Origin: Ranitomeya imitator
Lineage: Eukaryota
NCBI RefSeq assembly: GCF_032444005.1
Contig: NC_091284.1
Location: 624,464,001-624,528,000 of the forward strand
DNA length: 64,000 bases
Direction: 5' to 3'
Shown: one piece after another, positions 22,850-34,696 of the stretch
Layout of the letters: every line of letters begins with the position of its first letter
Position numbering within the stretch: the stretch's first letter is position 1
Program-made: the position numbers and the translations under genes
Notes under the pieces: generated by a model
Databases searched by the model: none
Told to the model about the DNA's origin: nothing
The model's input: only the letters and a program-made list of their open reading frames with translations

Positions 22850-24026
22850 TAGTGTTGAGCATTCCGATACCGCAAGTATCGGGTATCGGCCGATACTTGC
22901 GGTATCGGAATTCCGATACCGAGATCCGATACTTTTGTGGTATCGGGTATCGGTATCGGATACATAGAGATGTGTAAAATAAAGAATTAAAATAAAAAAT
23001 ATTGATATATTTACCTCTCCGGCGGCCCCTGGACTCAGCGCGGGTAACCGGCAGGCTTCGTTGTTCAAAATCAGCGCTTTTAGGACCTGAGAATCACGTC
23101 CCGGCTTCTGATTGGTCGCGGGCCGCCCATGTGACCGCCACGCGACCAATCACAAGCCGCGACGTCACCGCAAGCTATTAGCGCGCTCATTTTTGAAAAA
23201 TGAGCGCGTTAATGACTTTCAAAGACGTAGCGGCTTGTGATTGGTCGCGGCCACGCGACCAATCACAAGCCGCGACGTCACCGCAAGCTATTAACGCGCT
23301 CATTTTTAAAAATGAGCGCGTTAATGGCTTTCAAAGACGTAGCGGCTTTGATAGTCATTAACGCGCTCATTTTTAAAAATGAGCGCGTTAATAGCTTGCG
23401 GTGACGTCGCGGCTTGTGATTGGTCGCGGCCACGCGACCAATCACAAGCCGCTACGTCTTTGAAAGCCATTAACGCGCTCATTTTTAAAAATGAGCGCGT
23501 TAATAGCTTGCGGTGACGTCGCGGCTTGTGATTGGTCGCGTGGCCGCGACCAATCACAAGCCGCTACGTCTTTGAAAGTCATTAACGCGCTCATTTTTCA
23601 AAAATGAGCACGCTAATAGCTGGCGGTGACGTCGCGGCTTGTGATTGGTCGCGTGGCGGTCACATGGGCGGCCCGCGACCAATCAGAAGCCGGGACGTGA
23701 TTCTCAGGTCCTAAAAGCGCTGATTTTGAACAAAGAAGCCTGCCGGTTACCCGTGCTGAGTTCAGGGGCCGCCGGAGAGGTAAATATATCAATATTTTTT
23801 ATTTTAATTCTTTATTTTACACATCCCTATGGATCCCAGGGCCTGAAGGAGAGTTTCCTCTCCTTCAGACCCTGGGAACCATGAGAATACCTTCCGATAC
23901 TTGATGTCCCATTGACTTGTATTGGTATCGGATATCGGTATCGGCGATATCCGATATTTTTCGGGTATCGGCCGATACTATCCGATACCGATACTTTCAA
24001 GTATCGGACGGTATCGCTCAACACTA
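22850..24026. mobile_element. Non-autonomous hAT element, 1177 bp, with a large internal palindrome
   Basis: 8-bp TSD GTGTCCAC (22842-22849, 24027-24034). TIR TAGTGTTGAGC. Subterminal CCGATAC/GTATCGG repeats; inverted repeat ~22968-23823. Confidence 0.92.
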
Positions 24027-24777
24027 GTGTCCACTAAATATATTCAAATTCTTATTTTCAGTTCTGTTAAAAGGCTAGTGTCACGTATGTATGTATATGT
24101 CTGAGCAGTTAATTTTTGTAATGGAAATGTTGCATTCTCCACACTGCTGACTATATTTAACCTGCTGATCAAGAATGACTTTTAGTTCAGAGAGCTTTGT
24201 ATTTGCATGCCTTTATAAAACATTGAATGATTGCCCGGCTCATAATAATGATAGGATACATTAATCCCACGCTGAAGGCAGCGTCAAAATTTGATTATGG
24301 AGCATTTATTCTCATTTGACTTTAACTTTTCATGTTTGCATAAGTTTCTGTATTAAATGAGATGTTAAACAAATCATTTGTTATTCTCAACCTGTACTCT
24401 GAATTACCAGTTTCACACCTGTAGGTCCTAAATTTAAAGGCAATCTATCAAGCTTAATAGTTAAAATTGTGTGAATGTCTGTGTGTCAGAAAATAATGCA
24501 ACTCATTTACATTCTCAATTAAAAATATACATTCTATCTATCTGACTGTCTATCTATATATGTATTTCTATTAGTTTATCAATTCTGTATCAGACCAATT
24601 TGTGTAGAGTAAAATAGTTATTGAATAAAAAAAAGTTTTCTTGCAATGTACAAAATGATATGAGGTCTTTGCGGTAAGGTTTCTCCTTATGGAGAGTGAC
24701 ATACCAGCTCTGGCTTGTCAAGGTAAGGAGGCTTATTCGCCGTGCAATGCTCCTCTGGGAAATTTTGTATGCAAATT

Positions 24778-24868
24778 CAGAGAAAAAGAGGACTTGAGCT
24801 CTATAGCGCCACCTGTTGGAAGTAGCGAACAGGTGGCAATATAGAATTCAAGTCCTCTTTTTCTCAGA
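24778..24868. repeat. Short inverted repeat containing a CTCF-like motif
   Basis: Arms 24778-24817 and 24828-24868 are complementary. AGCGCCACCTGTTGG (24805-24819) reads CCAACAGGTGGCGCT on the minus strand, matching the CTCF core consensus. Confidence 0.5.
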
Positions 24869-26630
24869 AGAGGCAATTTGCAAAAAGGTATGGTCACATA
24901 TTTCAGATTAGACTATATCAGATCGAAAATGTGTTCTACAAGAGAAATGTCCAGGGAAGCGTGTAAGGCACCAGTGCCAACTTTGTGGTGCACATACCTT
25001 TAAAACCCTGGCGTGCAGAGCAATATGCCGTGTGTCACATATAAAAGTGGTGCTGACATTAGTGTTCCAAATATTGCATCCAAGGAAATTGAAGAAAAGT
25101 AACACTCACCAGGTAGGCGATTCAAGAGTTGTTTAGTTCCAGTACATTGGACAAAGATCTGACTGAGAGAAGGGCAGGGATTGTGCTAGGGAAGGAAGGA
25201 GAATGGTGGCTGTTTTGCAAACCTGCGCTTCAATGGGTCAACTCAAAACCCATTGAACCCATTGAAGTGCAGCTGTGAAAAACGGCCATCGTTTTCGATC
25301 CTTCCCTTGCACACTCCCTGCCCTTTGCTCAGTCAGATCCTGGTCCATTGTACTGGAAATAAAGGACTCTTGAATTGCATGGTGAGTGCTACTCTTCTTC
25401 AATTTTCTTGGATGCAGTATTCTAGTGATTGTTATTTGGATTTGTACTCTGGATACGTCAAGGACACAAATAGTAATGTAAACCTTTGCCAATAAGCAGG
25501 TCACATCAGTGATCCAAAAGAATGTTGAACATACTGGAGTAAGCCAATGTGTTAGAAAACTCAGATTTGAAGAAGATTTGAATGAGCACTGAACCACCCC
25601 TTCCTGCATGCAGGTCCTTGTACTTTATTCTGACAGTGAAATAACAGGTGGTCTCTGCCACATAATGTTATGTAGCAATCCTTATTTTTCCCTGTTATGG
25701 TATGCCATGTGTTCCAGCATAAGTGCAGACACACTTGCGTTATATATTGGCCCTTTAAATAGAAGCTATCCTGAGAAAGTGACCTATTGTTTAAATCAAG
25801 TTTTTGTGCTAAATGTATTTAAAAATGTGATATTTTTCCATATCACAATCTATATTAAAAATGAATAATGATAACCTTGTAATTTTCATACTGACCTCTG
25901 AGACTTTTATAGACTCTAACTTCCTATTGTTTCCGAGGAAAAAACACATGTAAATATCAACAATGGTCAGACTTTTTTGTAATGAAGCATCTAATGAGCC
26001 TTTGCAAATGTCACTGTTAAGGGTCAGCTATAATATTACCTTTTACAAATGGTGCATCCTGTGCTATCAGTTGTGTCTAGAGGTGTTATCTGTCATTGTA
26101 ATCCTGGCTCTGCTGATAAGGAGCCTTGCTGTAAACTATTTATGAAAGGATAATTCATCTGTGTCTATGAAACCTCAAAGGCTGATGGGTATATTGCAAG
26201 ATTGCTTATTTAGATATTAATACAGATTGTGGTATGAAAAACATTGCAAAACATATTTTTAAGATACATGTAACACAAAAACCCACTCTCCATTTGGTTT
26301 CCGATGATGGATTCTGTATAAGAAACCAATCAGCACCATCCCATACTTTTGTGTTACCCTCTTCCCCTCCACTATTTTATAGTATCTTTTTCCCAACTAT
26401 CAGTGACAATGTTTGTAGTACTGAACCGTTTGCTAAATAGTCTATAGCATTTGAATTCAATGCTACTTTGTTTTCTCTAGAATATTGCCTTCTGTTATCA
26501 TGCTTATTGTTTGAAAACTTAATACAAAATATTTAAAAAGTAATAATGAGACCATCAAACAAATGTATTTTGCCAGTAATTTAACCTTATGTACAATTTT
26601 ATGCACTTATGTTAGTTGTCTGTTTTATTA

Positions 26631-27362
26631 AGGTACCTTCACACTCAGTGATGCTGCAGCGATACCGACAACGATGTCGATCGCTGCAGCGTCGCTGTTT
26701 GGTCGCTGGAGAGCTGTCACACAGACAGCTCTCCAGCGACCAACGATGCCGGTAACCAGGGTAAACATCGGGTTACTAAGCGCAGGGCCGCGCTTAGTAA
26801 CCTGATGTTTACAATGGTTACCATCGTAAAAGTAAAAAAAACAAACGCTACATACTTACCTTCCGCTGTCTGTCCCCGGCGCTGTGCTTTCCTGCACTGA
26901 CTGTGAGCACAGCGGCCGGAAAGCAGAGCGGTGACGTCACCGCTGTGCTCTGCTTTCCGGCTGGCCGACGCTGACACAGGATGCAGGAGGAGTGCAGAGA
27001 AGCACAGCGCCGGGGACAGACAGCGGAAGGTAAGTATGTAGTGTTTGTTTTTTTTACTTTTACGATGGTAGCCAGGGTAAACATCGGGTTACTAAGCGCG
27101 GCCCTGCGCTTAGTAACCCGATGTTTACCCTGGTTACCAGTGAACACATCGCTGAATCGGCGTCACACACGCCGATTCAGCGATGTCTGCAGGAGATCCA
27201 GCGACGAAACAAAGTTCTGGAGTTTCTGCAGCGACCAACGACATCACAGCAGGATCCTGATCGCTGCTGCGTGTCAAACACAACGATATCGCTAGCCAGG
27301 ACGCTGCAACGTCACGGATCGCTAGCGATATCATTGTGAAGTTGTTTAGTGTGAAGGTACCT
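26631..27362. mobile_element. PIF/Harbinger-type MITE, copy 1 (732 bp)
   Basis: 3-bp TSD TTA/TTA. TIR AGGTACCTTCACAC; palindromic body. Confidence 0.85.
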
Positions 27363-29565
27363 TTAGAGCTGTTAATCTTTGTGAGCATTGTGCTCCATAG
27401 CCTCTGTTTCAGGTAGGGCTTAGATGATAAGAGGATTTTTGTTCATGTGGAGGTTAGATAAGGGGAGTCAATTAGTGATACTGAGTGCCAGCTACAATTT
27501 GCTGTTGGAAGCATTGCAGCACAGGCATTCTCCATCTTGTTCTGAAATCAAGAAGAGTGTCCTTGGATGGAGTTTTCCCTGCTGAAGAAAGTAAGTTTAC
27601 TGGATGTAGCAGATGCGAGTTTTTAGATGCAGCATGTAGCAGAGCTCAAAAGCTAACACCACAGCTCTCTATGTACATTGTCTATTGACAGTGAGATGCT
27701 TATCAGAGGAAGGGGCGTGGTTAAACCACAGCTCACAGGAGCAGTAGTCAAGACAGCGATAATCTCCTAGTTATAAAACCTTTGTTATAAGTAAACAGCA
27801 CACAGCCAAAAAAGTGACATATTGTTGAATTCAGTGTCTTAGCTGCTACCTCATGCTATCCTCAAATTACCCTGCTAATAGTTTCACTTTCAGGACATTA
27901 TAATGCACAATGGACCTACTATGGACACATGTTTGATCTGGGCAAGTAAAAAGCAATATGCTGGTGGCAATGCAGGGGTTTGCTGATCACTTTATGATTG
28001 TAGAGGACATCTTGGACAACTACAACAATGTATTTCCTAGTCAAGAAAATGATCTATATCACTAATTGTTCCAGCCTGCCTGCATCAACTAAGTGTATTG
28101 ATTTACTCGATGACTTGCATGTAAGTTATACTGAGGACTAGCAAATGAGTTATTCTGTCTATTGTACCATGATACTTGCTCTGAATTGGTTCCTGTTGAT
28201 GGCTACCACCTGCTGTGAATTGTACTGATGTGCAACCACTAAGTTCCATATCACAATACTAAGTTTAGCCACTAATTTGAAAGCTGTAATAGTTGTCTTG
28301 TGCTGAGCAAACCTTGTTCCAATTAAATATTGGCGTGTCTGCATGAGTCACTACAATACCATCAAGTGGGGAGCCATATTACAATTCATAGGTCACATGC
28401 AAAAAAATGACCCACTGAATGTATTCTTGATCAAATCCTAAATTTTTATTCTGCATCAAACTATATTTTCTTCATAGAAAGAAAAGATTCTTTAAAATGT
28501 AAAATTATAACTGCTAAAATACAAGTTTTAAAACTTAAAAATGGATTTTTCAGTACTGTATATTATGTTCAAAGATGTGTATTTCACATTTTTCATACTC
28601 ACAAGAGCTTTTTTAATTTTGCTTGTTGCTAAGGATTGGGTAAAATATAGTTTAAAGATTTATGCAATGTGACCTTCGATCCAGAACACCAACAGACATT
28701 GAATGCTCTTTTTCTTATTAATGCATATCAAACTAATCCATTGTACGCAAACCAATGTTATGCATATTCATTACAGAAATCCCATTTCACATCAGAGTAA
28801 AGGATCAACAATTCAGTTTGTATTCAAAGTAGTGTGTGTTGGATAGAAGAAACAAAAACAATAATCCTTTACTTACACACTAGGATTAAAAGGTAAAATG
28901 TTAAACTGGATGCATGGCATAGTGAATGAAATTTACAAAGTTATTCACAAAAAAACTTTGAACAAATTAATTGAAACCAGTAACATTGTCATCTGTAGTT
29001 TGAAACAAACTGACAATCTTAACCTCTTAACGACCGCCAATATGCCTTTTAATGGCGGCAGTTAGATGTTACTAATGCCTCAGCTCTGCTTTTTAACGGT
29101 GCTGAGAAATATGTGTATAGCACCCCCCAGCATCAGAATTTCTCTGGGGTCTAGGCTACTGGAGGTAGCTCAGACCCCAGAGAACATGATTCGGATTGGT
29201 TTTTACCAACTCCAGTGTTGTGATCGCTGTTTTTAAGGGAATAATGGCGAGCGCAAAAAAATAAAAAATCTGATTTTCCATTTAATTTCTCTCTCCTCTG
29301 ATGGGATCACACATCAGAGGAAAGAGAAATTGGGTCCCCTGATCCCCCCTGGTAAGTCCAATGTTCCTGCATCCCCCAGTGAAGTCCCCATGCCAATGGT
29401 GTCTTCTTACAGGAGGAAAATGGCTGGAGCATGCGCAGTGCTCCCGCCAAGATCTGCCGGCCCACACCTGGCAATAATAGGAAATTTTTCTCATTGGTTC
29501 ATTTTGATCACTGTGATAGACTCTATCACAGTGATCAAAATAAAAAAATAGTAAATAAAACCCCC

Positions 29566-30528
29566 TGTTAGGACTGGCGGAACGCACCAAGAGAGATGAT
29601 ATAGATGCGTTCGCAGTCCGGGGTCCACCGTGCAGGTGAAACCTGCTGCTAGGAAATGACAGACTATATGGCGGTATCCAAAAGTATACACGCGTGGGTT
29701 AAACCTCACCCAGCGTGAAGAAAGCGATCCTGTTGCGTCACAGGACCGCGGTACCGCACATAGAGCGCGAGCAAGTGGTCAGCGAACTTAACCCCAACAG
29801 GGATTGTAGTCCGATTAGACCCTTGCTGGCACTACACCGCTACAGGGTGTGTAAGGAAATATATAATTATAGCACCGAAGTGCGAACTGTGCCGTGCTGG
29901 CAGGTACCACTAAGCACCCAGACGTGGGTCAGGAAGCGCACACTGGCGCGTGGCACCGCACTGGCGGTCACAGCAATAGACGCTGATACGTGTGTGACAC
30001 GTTGAGTGATTAGTCGGGCGCTAGATAGCAGCCATACACCATACGCGAACAGTCATACAATAGGGTAGGGGTATTTAATGAACGACTTGCACTCACAACA
30101 AACACACGTATTCAATTGTACACTAGCGCATGGCCGTGCGGTCATGCGCAGTTTATATAGTTGCAGGACAGGAAGTGGCCACAGAAACTTTGCCCTTCCA
30201 AGACCTGCCAAGAGGACCAATAGAATGCGCTGCAGAGTCTGAGCACATGACCCTCGATCTCCAACGGGAGATCTTGCCCTGGGCATGCTCAGTGTGCGCA
30301 GACAAGGACTTAGTCCCAGAGAAGTCCACTCGCTGCTGACCAGCACTGACTTTAATGGCAGTAGCTGAAGAAGCAGCAGTAACTCTCTGAACAGAGTGAG
30401 ACCGAGCAAGACGCTGGGATCGACGTCCCTGCTGAGCAGGCTCCACCGTGGCTGGATAGGAATGGGGGACCGCAGCGGAGACGGCTCGAGATTCCCCCTG
30501 TGCAGAAGCGGGAACTCGAGACCTAACA
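29566..30528 (-). repeat. 3' LTR of family 2 element (963 bp)
   Basis: TGTTAGG...CCTAACA, repeated at 34697-35584 with about 7 visible substitutions plus a 75-bp indel. Confidence 0.95.
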
Positions 30529-33500
30529 TTACCCCCCCTCCTAGGGCCCCCCCCTCCTTGGGCCTCGCTACGCTCGAAGGCAGCAATGAGCTGTGGGGCC
30601 CGAATGTTTTCAGCAGGCTCCCATGACCTGTTCTCTGGACCATAACCCTTCCAATCCACCAGATAGAACTTTTTGCCGTGTACCACCTTACACCCCAAAA
30701 TAGCGTTCACCTCGTAATCGTCCGTAGACGAACCCAATGTCCCGGCAGATGACTCGGAAAACCGGGACATGTATACGGGTTTCAAGAGGGACACATGAAA
30801 GGTGTCGGTGATACCCAAGCATGGAGGAAGAGCCAGGCGGTAGACCACAGGATTAACCTGTTCGAGAACCTTGAAGGGACCCAAGTAGCGAGGAGCAAAC
30901 TTAGTGGACTCAACTCGCAGCCTGATGTTACGGGCGAAGAGCCACACCAAGTCGCCAGGAGCAAAGGTCGGAGCGGGGCGCCGATGAACATCGGCGGAGA
31001 ACCTCATTCTCTCCTTGGAAGCCTGAATGGCATCCTGAGTGCGATCCCAAATGTCCCGTGCCTCCACAGCCCAGTCTGCCACCCTGGAATCGGCGGAAGA
31101 CACGGGCATAGGCGCAGGTACCCGCGGATGCTGACCATAGTTAAGGAGGAATGGAGTCTGTCCAGTGGAGTCAGCTACAGCATTGTTAAGAGCAAACTCC
31201 GCCCACGGTAGCAAAGATGCCCAGTCATCTTGCTTAGCAGAGACAAAATGTCGCAGGTATGTGACCAAGGTCTGGTTGGCTCTCTCCACCAACCCATTCG
31301 TCTCGGGATGATATGCCGAAGAGAGATTCAACTCGATACTGAGAAGGCGACAAAGCTCTCTCCAGAACCGAGATGCAAACTGGGGACCCCGGTCACTGAC
31401 AATTTTGTCTGGCATAGCGTGAAGACGGAAGATGTGTTTAACAAACAATGCTGCCAAGGCCCGTGCAGAAGGTAGCCGAGGAAGCGGCACCAAATGCACC
31501 ATTTTAGAAAAATGGTCGGTGATAACCCATATGACAGTACAGCCACGTGACTTGGGCAAACCCACCACAAAGTCCATCCCGACCATCTCCCAGGGCCTGT
31601 CTGCCACAGGCAGGGGGTATAACAACCCAGCTGGCCGTTGACGGAGAGACTTATTTTTGGCACAAGAGACACATGCCCGAACGTAGTCTCCTACGTCACG
31701 AACCATATGTGGCCACCAATACATTCTCGCCAACAACTCAGATGTCCTCTTTGCCCCAAAGTGTCCACCCACTCTGGACGAATGAACCCACGAGAGAACC
31801 TCCGGACGCAAATTGATGGGAACAAAAGTCTTGCCCGGAGGCACAGACTCAAGCGAAACCGGAGCTACGGTTCTCAGACTCTCTGGAGGGACAATGAGCC
31901 GAGGCTCGTCCTCCTCCTCCACAGTTGACACCAGGGAGCGAGAGAGAGCGTCAGCACGAATGTTCTTCTCCCCAGCGAGATAATGTAGAGTGAAGTGGAA
32001 CCGGGAGAAAAACAAGGACCATCTGGCCTGACGAGAATTCAGCCGCTGGGCTGTCTGTAAATAGACCAAATTCTTGTGGTCCGTGAAGACTTGGAATGGG
32101 AACTGAGCACCCTCCAAGAGATGTCTCCATTCCAAAAAGGCCAACTTCATTGCCAGCAGCTCCCTATCCCCGATGGAGTAATTTCTCTCCGCTGGTGAGA
32201 AGGTCTTTGAGAAGAAGAAGCATGGATGCTTCCGACCTTGAGCATCCTTTTGATAGAGGACTGCTCCTGCACCAACGGATGAGGCATCCACCTCCATTAG
32301 GAATGGCTTATCCACATCAGGATGATGTAAGATGGGAGCGCTAGCAAAGTGGGACTTAATAGAAGTGAAGGCCTTGGAGACCTCTTCGGACCACAATTTA
32401 GGATTCGCTCCCTTCTTGGTGAGGGATACCAAGGGAGCTACCAGGGTTGAGAAGTGGGGGATGAACTGACGATAGTAATTTATGAACCCCATAAAGCGCT
32501 GCACCGCTTTCAGAGAATGGGCTTCCTGCCAGTCCATCACTGCCTGTAGTTTGGCAGGATCCATAGCCAATCCCTGGGCCGAGATGATGTAGCCCAGGAA
32601 AGGTAAAGACTCCTGCTCAAACATACACTTCTCCAACTTGGCATAGAGGGAGTTTGCCCGTAGGAGGTCGAAGACTTTGCAAACATCTCTCCGGTGGGAG
32701 TCAATATCTGGAGAGTAGATGAGAATATCATCCAGATAGACTACGACCGAGGTGGAAAGCATATCCCGGAAGATATCGTTCACAAAGTCTTGGAAAATGG
32801 CTGGGGCATTACAGAGCCCGAAGGGCATCACCAGATATTCATAGTGCCCATCCCTGGTGTTAAAGGCCGTCTTCCATTCGTCCCCCTCACGGATGCGAAT
32901 CAGGTTGTAAGCACCCCGCAGATCTAATTTAGTAAATACCCTTGCTCCCCGAAGTCTATCGAATAACTCAGATATCAAGGGCAAAGGATACTTATTCTTA
33001 ACGGTGATGGCGTTAAGACCCCTGTAGTCTATGCATGGGCGCAATTCCCCATTCTTCTTCTGCACGAAAAAGAACCCTGCCCCAGCAGGTGACACTGACT
33101 TCCTAATGAATCCTCTTGCCAGATTTTCCTGGATGTACTGTGACATTGCCTCCGTCTCCGGGAGAGATAGCGGATAAACTCGACCCCGGGGAGGCTCAGC
33201 ACCAGGCAAGAGATCAATAGGACAGTCATAGGGGCGATGAGGCGGAAGGACCTCCGCCGCCTTTTTGGAGAACACGTCTGCATAAGACCAATACTGCTTG
33301 GGGAGAGAGGATAGATCTGCGGGTACCTCAGTAGTAGCAACCTGAACGCACTCCCTCTGACACCTACCCCCACAAGATTCACCCCAACCCAGAATTCTGC
33401 CTGAGGACCACACGATATGAGGAGAGTGGTACCGTAGCCAAGGTATTCCCAACAGGACCTCATCAATTCCTTCCGGAATGACGAGCAGAGAAATTATCTC

Positions 33501-34538
33501 CTGATGAGATGGCGACATGGACAGAGTAAAAGGGATGGTCTGGTGTGTTATCTGTGAGGGCAATGTCGACCCATTCACCACTCGCACCGTTACTGGTTGA
33601 GCAAGCATTACCAGGGGTATTGCGTGACGTTGGGCGAAGGCAGAAGACATAAAATTGCCCTCCGCCCCAGAATCCACGCAGAGCTCTACCGAGTGGGAGA
33701 ATGAGCCAATAGTAATTGTCCCCTTAAAGGACAACTTAGAGGCAAACGTCGCCGTGTCTAGTGTACCTCCACCTACTACCACTAGACGCTGACGTTTCCT
33801 CGACCGCTGAGGACATCTGGTGGCTAGATGTCCTGACTGCTGGCAAACATGACAGACCCTGAGTGCACAAGCGGTCCGGGACTTAGATCCTGCTTGTGAC
33901 ACTTCCCTGGCCTCATGTGGCTCAGGAACCAGGACCGGAGATTCCAGAGGTTTGGCGAAAGTAGGAGCCAGCCGAAACCTCTGCCTACACTGGGCTCGCT
34001 CTAACCTCCGCTCGTTAAAACGGAGGTCAATTCGAGTGGAGACAGTTATTAACTCCTCCAGTGTGGCAGGAATCTCCCTAGTGGCCAGAGCGTCCTTTAC
34101 GTGGTCAGCCAAGCCCCTCCAAAATATGGGGATAAGAGCTTTATCCGACCAATCCAGCTCAGATGCTAAGGTGCGGAATTGGACGGCAAAATGGCTGACC
34201 AAGGACTCACCCTGAGTTAATGCCAGCAATTGGAGCGCAGTATCATGGGTGACTTGAGGTCCTAAAAAGACCTGTTTCAGGGCGCTCAGAAACAGCGGAG
34301 CACTCTGCACCACATGATCGCCACGCTCCCACAGCGGCGTAGCCCATTCCAACGCCCTGTCCGACAATAGAGACAGAATAAATCCCACCTTAGCCCGCTC
34401 TGTGGGAAAACGTGCAGCCAGGAGCTCGAGGTGAATAGAGCACTGACTCACAAATCCCCTACAAAACTTGCTATCACCAGAAAATTTTTCTTTCAGCGGG
34501 AGGCGAGATAATGTCGGAACAGGGGTGGCAATGGACAT
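30153..34538 (-). CDS. Gag-Pol polyprotein of family 2 (CCHC, protease, RT, RNase H, integrase, chromodomain); probable N-terminal frameshift
   Basis: CHVCQQSGHLATRC; VDSGA; YLDD; TDHKNL; GGHFG..C..C; SDRGPQF; YEVNAILGCK...YLVDWKGY. The frame is open from 34619 with the first in-frame ATG at 34538. The ATG at 34668 is out of frame with it. The ORF runs 376 nt into the 3' LTR. Confidence 0.9.
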   Translation of the reverse strand: MSIATPVPTLSRLPLKEKFSGDSKFCRGFVSQCSIHLELLAARFPTERAKVGFILSLLSDRALEWATPLWERGDHVVQSAPLFLSALKQVFLGPQVTHDTALQLLALTQGESLVSHFAVQFRTLASELDWSDKALIPIFWRGLADHVKDALATREIPATLEELITVSTRIDLRFNERRLERAQCRQRFRLAPTFAKPLESPVLVPEPHEAREVSQAGSKSRTACALRVCHVCQQSGHLATRCPQRSRKRQRLVVVGGGTLDTATFASKLSFKGTITIGSFSHSVELCVDSGAEGNFMSSAFAQRHAIPLVMLAQPVTVRVVNGSTLPSQITHQTIPFTLSMSPSHQEIISLLVIPEGIDEVLLGIPWLRYHSPHIVWSSGRILGWGESCGGRCQRECVQVATTEVPADLSSLPKQYWSYADVFSKKAAEVLPPHRPYDCPIDLLPGAEPPRGRVYPLSLPETEAMSQYIQENLARGFIRKSVSPAGAGFFFVQKKNGELRPCIDYRGLNAITVKNKYPLPLISELFDRLRGARVFTKLDLRGAYNLIRIREGDEWKTAFNTRDGHYEYLVMPFGLCNAPAIFQDFVNDIFRDMLSTSVVVYLDDILIYSPDIDSHRRDVCKVFDLLRANSLYAKLEKCMFEQESLPFLGYIISAQGLAMDPAKLQAVMDWQEAHSLKAVQRFMGFINYYRQFIPHFSTLVAPLVSLTKKGANPKLWSEEVSKAFTSIKSHFASAPILHHPDVDKPFLMEVDASSVGAGAVLYQKDAQGRKHPCFFFSKTFSPAERNYSIGDRELLAMKLAFLEWRHLLEGAQFPFQVFTDHKNLVYLQTAQRLNSRQARWSLFFSRFHFTLHYLAGEKNIRADALSRSLVSTVEEEDEPRLIVPPESLRTVAPVSLESVPPGKTFVPINLRPEVLSWVHSSRVGGHFGAKRTSELLARMYWWPHMVRDVGDYVRACVSCAKNKSLRQRPAGLLYPLPVADRPWEMVGMDFVVGLPKSRGCTVIWVITDHFSKMVHLVPLPRLPSARALAALFVKHIFRLHAMPDKIVSDRGPQFASRFWRELCRLLSIELNLSSAYHPETNGLVERANQTLVTYLRHFVSAKQDDWASLLPWAEFALNNAVADSTGQTPFLLNYGQHPRVPAPMPVSSADSRVADWAVEARDIWDRTQDAIQASKERMRFSADVHRRPAPTFAPGDLVWLFARNIRLRVESTKFAPRYLGPFKVLEQVNPVVYRLALPPCLGITDTFHVSLLKPVYMSRFSESSAGTLGSSTDDYEVNAILGCKVVHGKKFYLVDWKGYGPENRSWEPAENIRAPQLIAAFERSEAQGGGGPRRGGNVRSRVPASAQGESRAVSAAVPHSYPATVEPAQQGRRSQRLARSHSVQRVTAASSATAIKVSAGQQRVDFSGTKSLSAHTEHAQGKISRWRSRVMCSDSAAHSIGPLGRSWKGKVSVATSCPATI
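30531..30553 (-). promoter_or_regulatory. Polypurine tract of family 2 element
   Basis: The minus strand reads GGGGGGCCCTAGGAGGGGGGG-TAA-TGTTAGG. Confidence 0.8.
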
Positions 34539-34684
34539 AGTAGCTGCAGCCACGCTGGCAGCCTGTACAGCTACTGCAGTAACATCCACAGCTGAAGTCG
34601 CGCTCTCGAGAGCCGCCAACCTACCCTCCAGCTGCTGGATATACCGCAGATTGCTGTTTGTCTGTCATCACTAGCCAGACCCTG

Positions 34685-34695
34685 GCGCTAGAGTA
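34685..34695 (-). promoter_or_regulatory. Putative self-priming PBS of family 2
   Basis: Minus strand TACTCTAGCGC, 1 nt after the LTR-terminal CA, with no TGG. It has 10/11 complementarity to GCGCTAGTGTA (35185-35175). Confidence 0.65.
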
Positions 34696-34696
34696 A

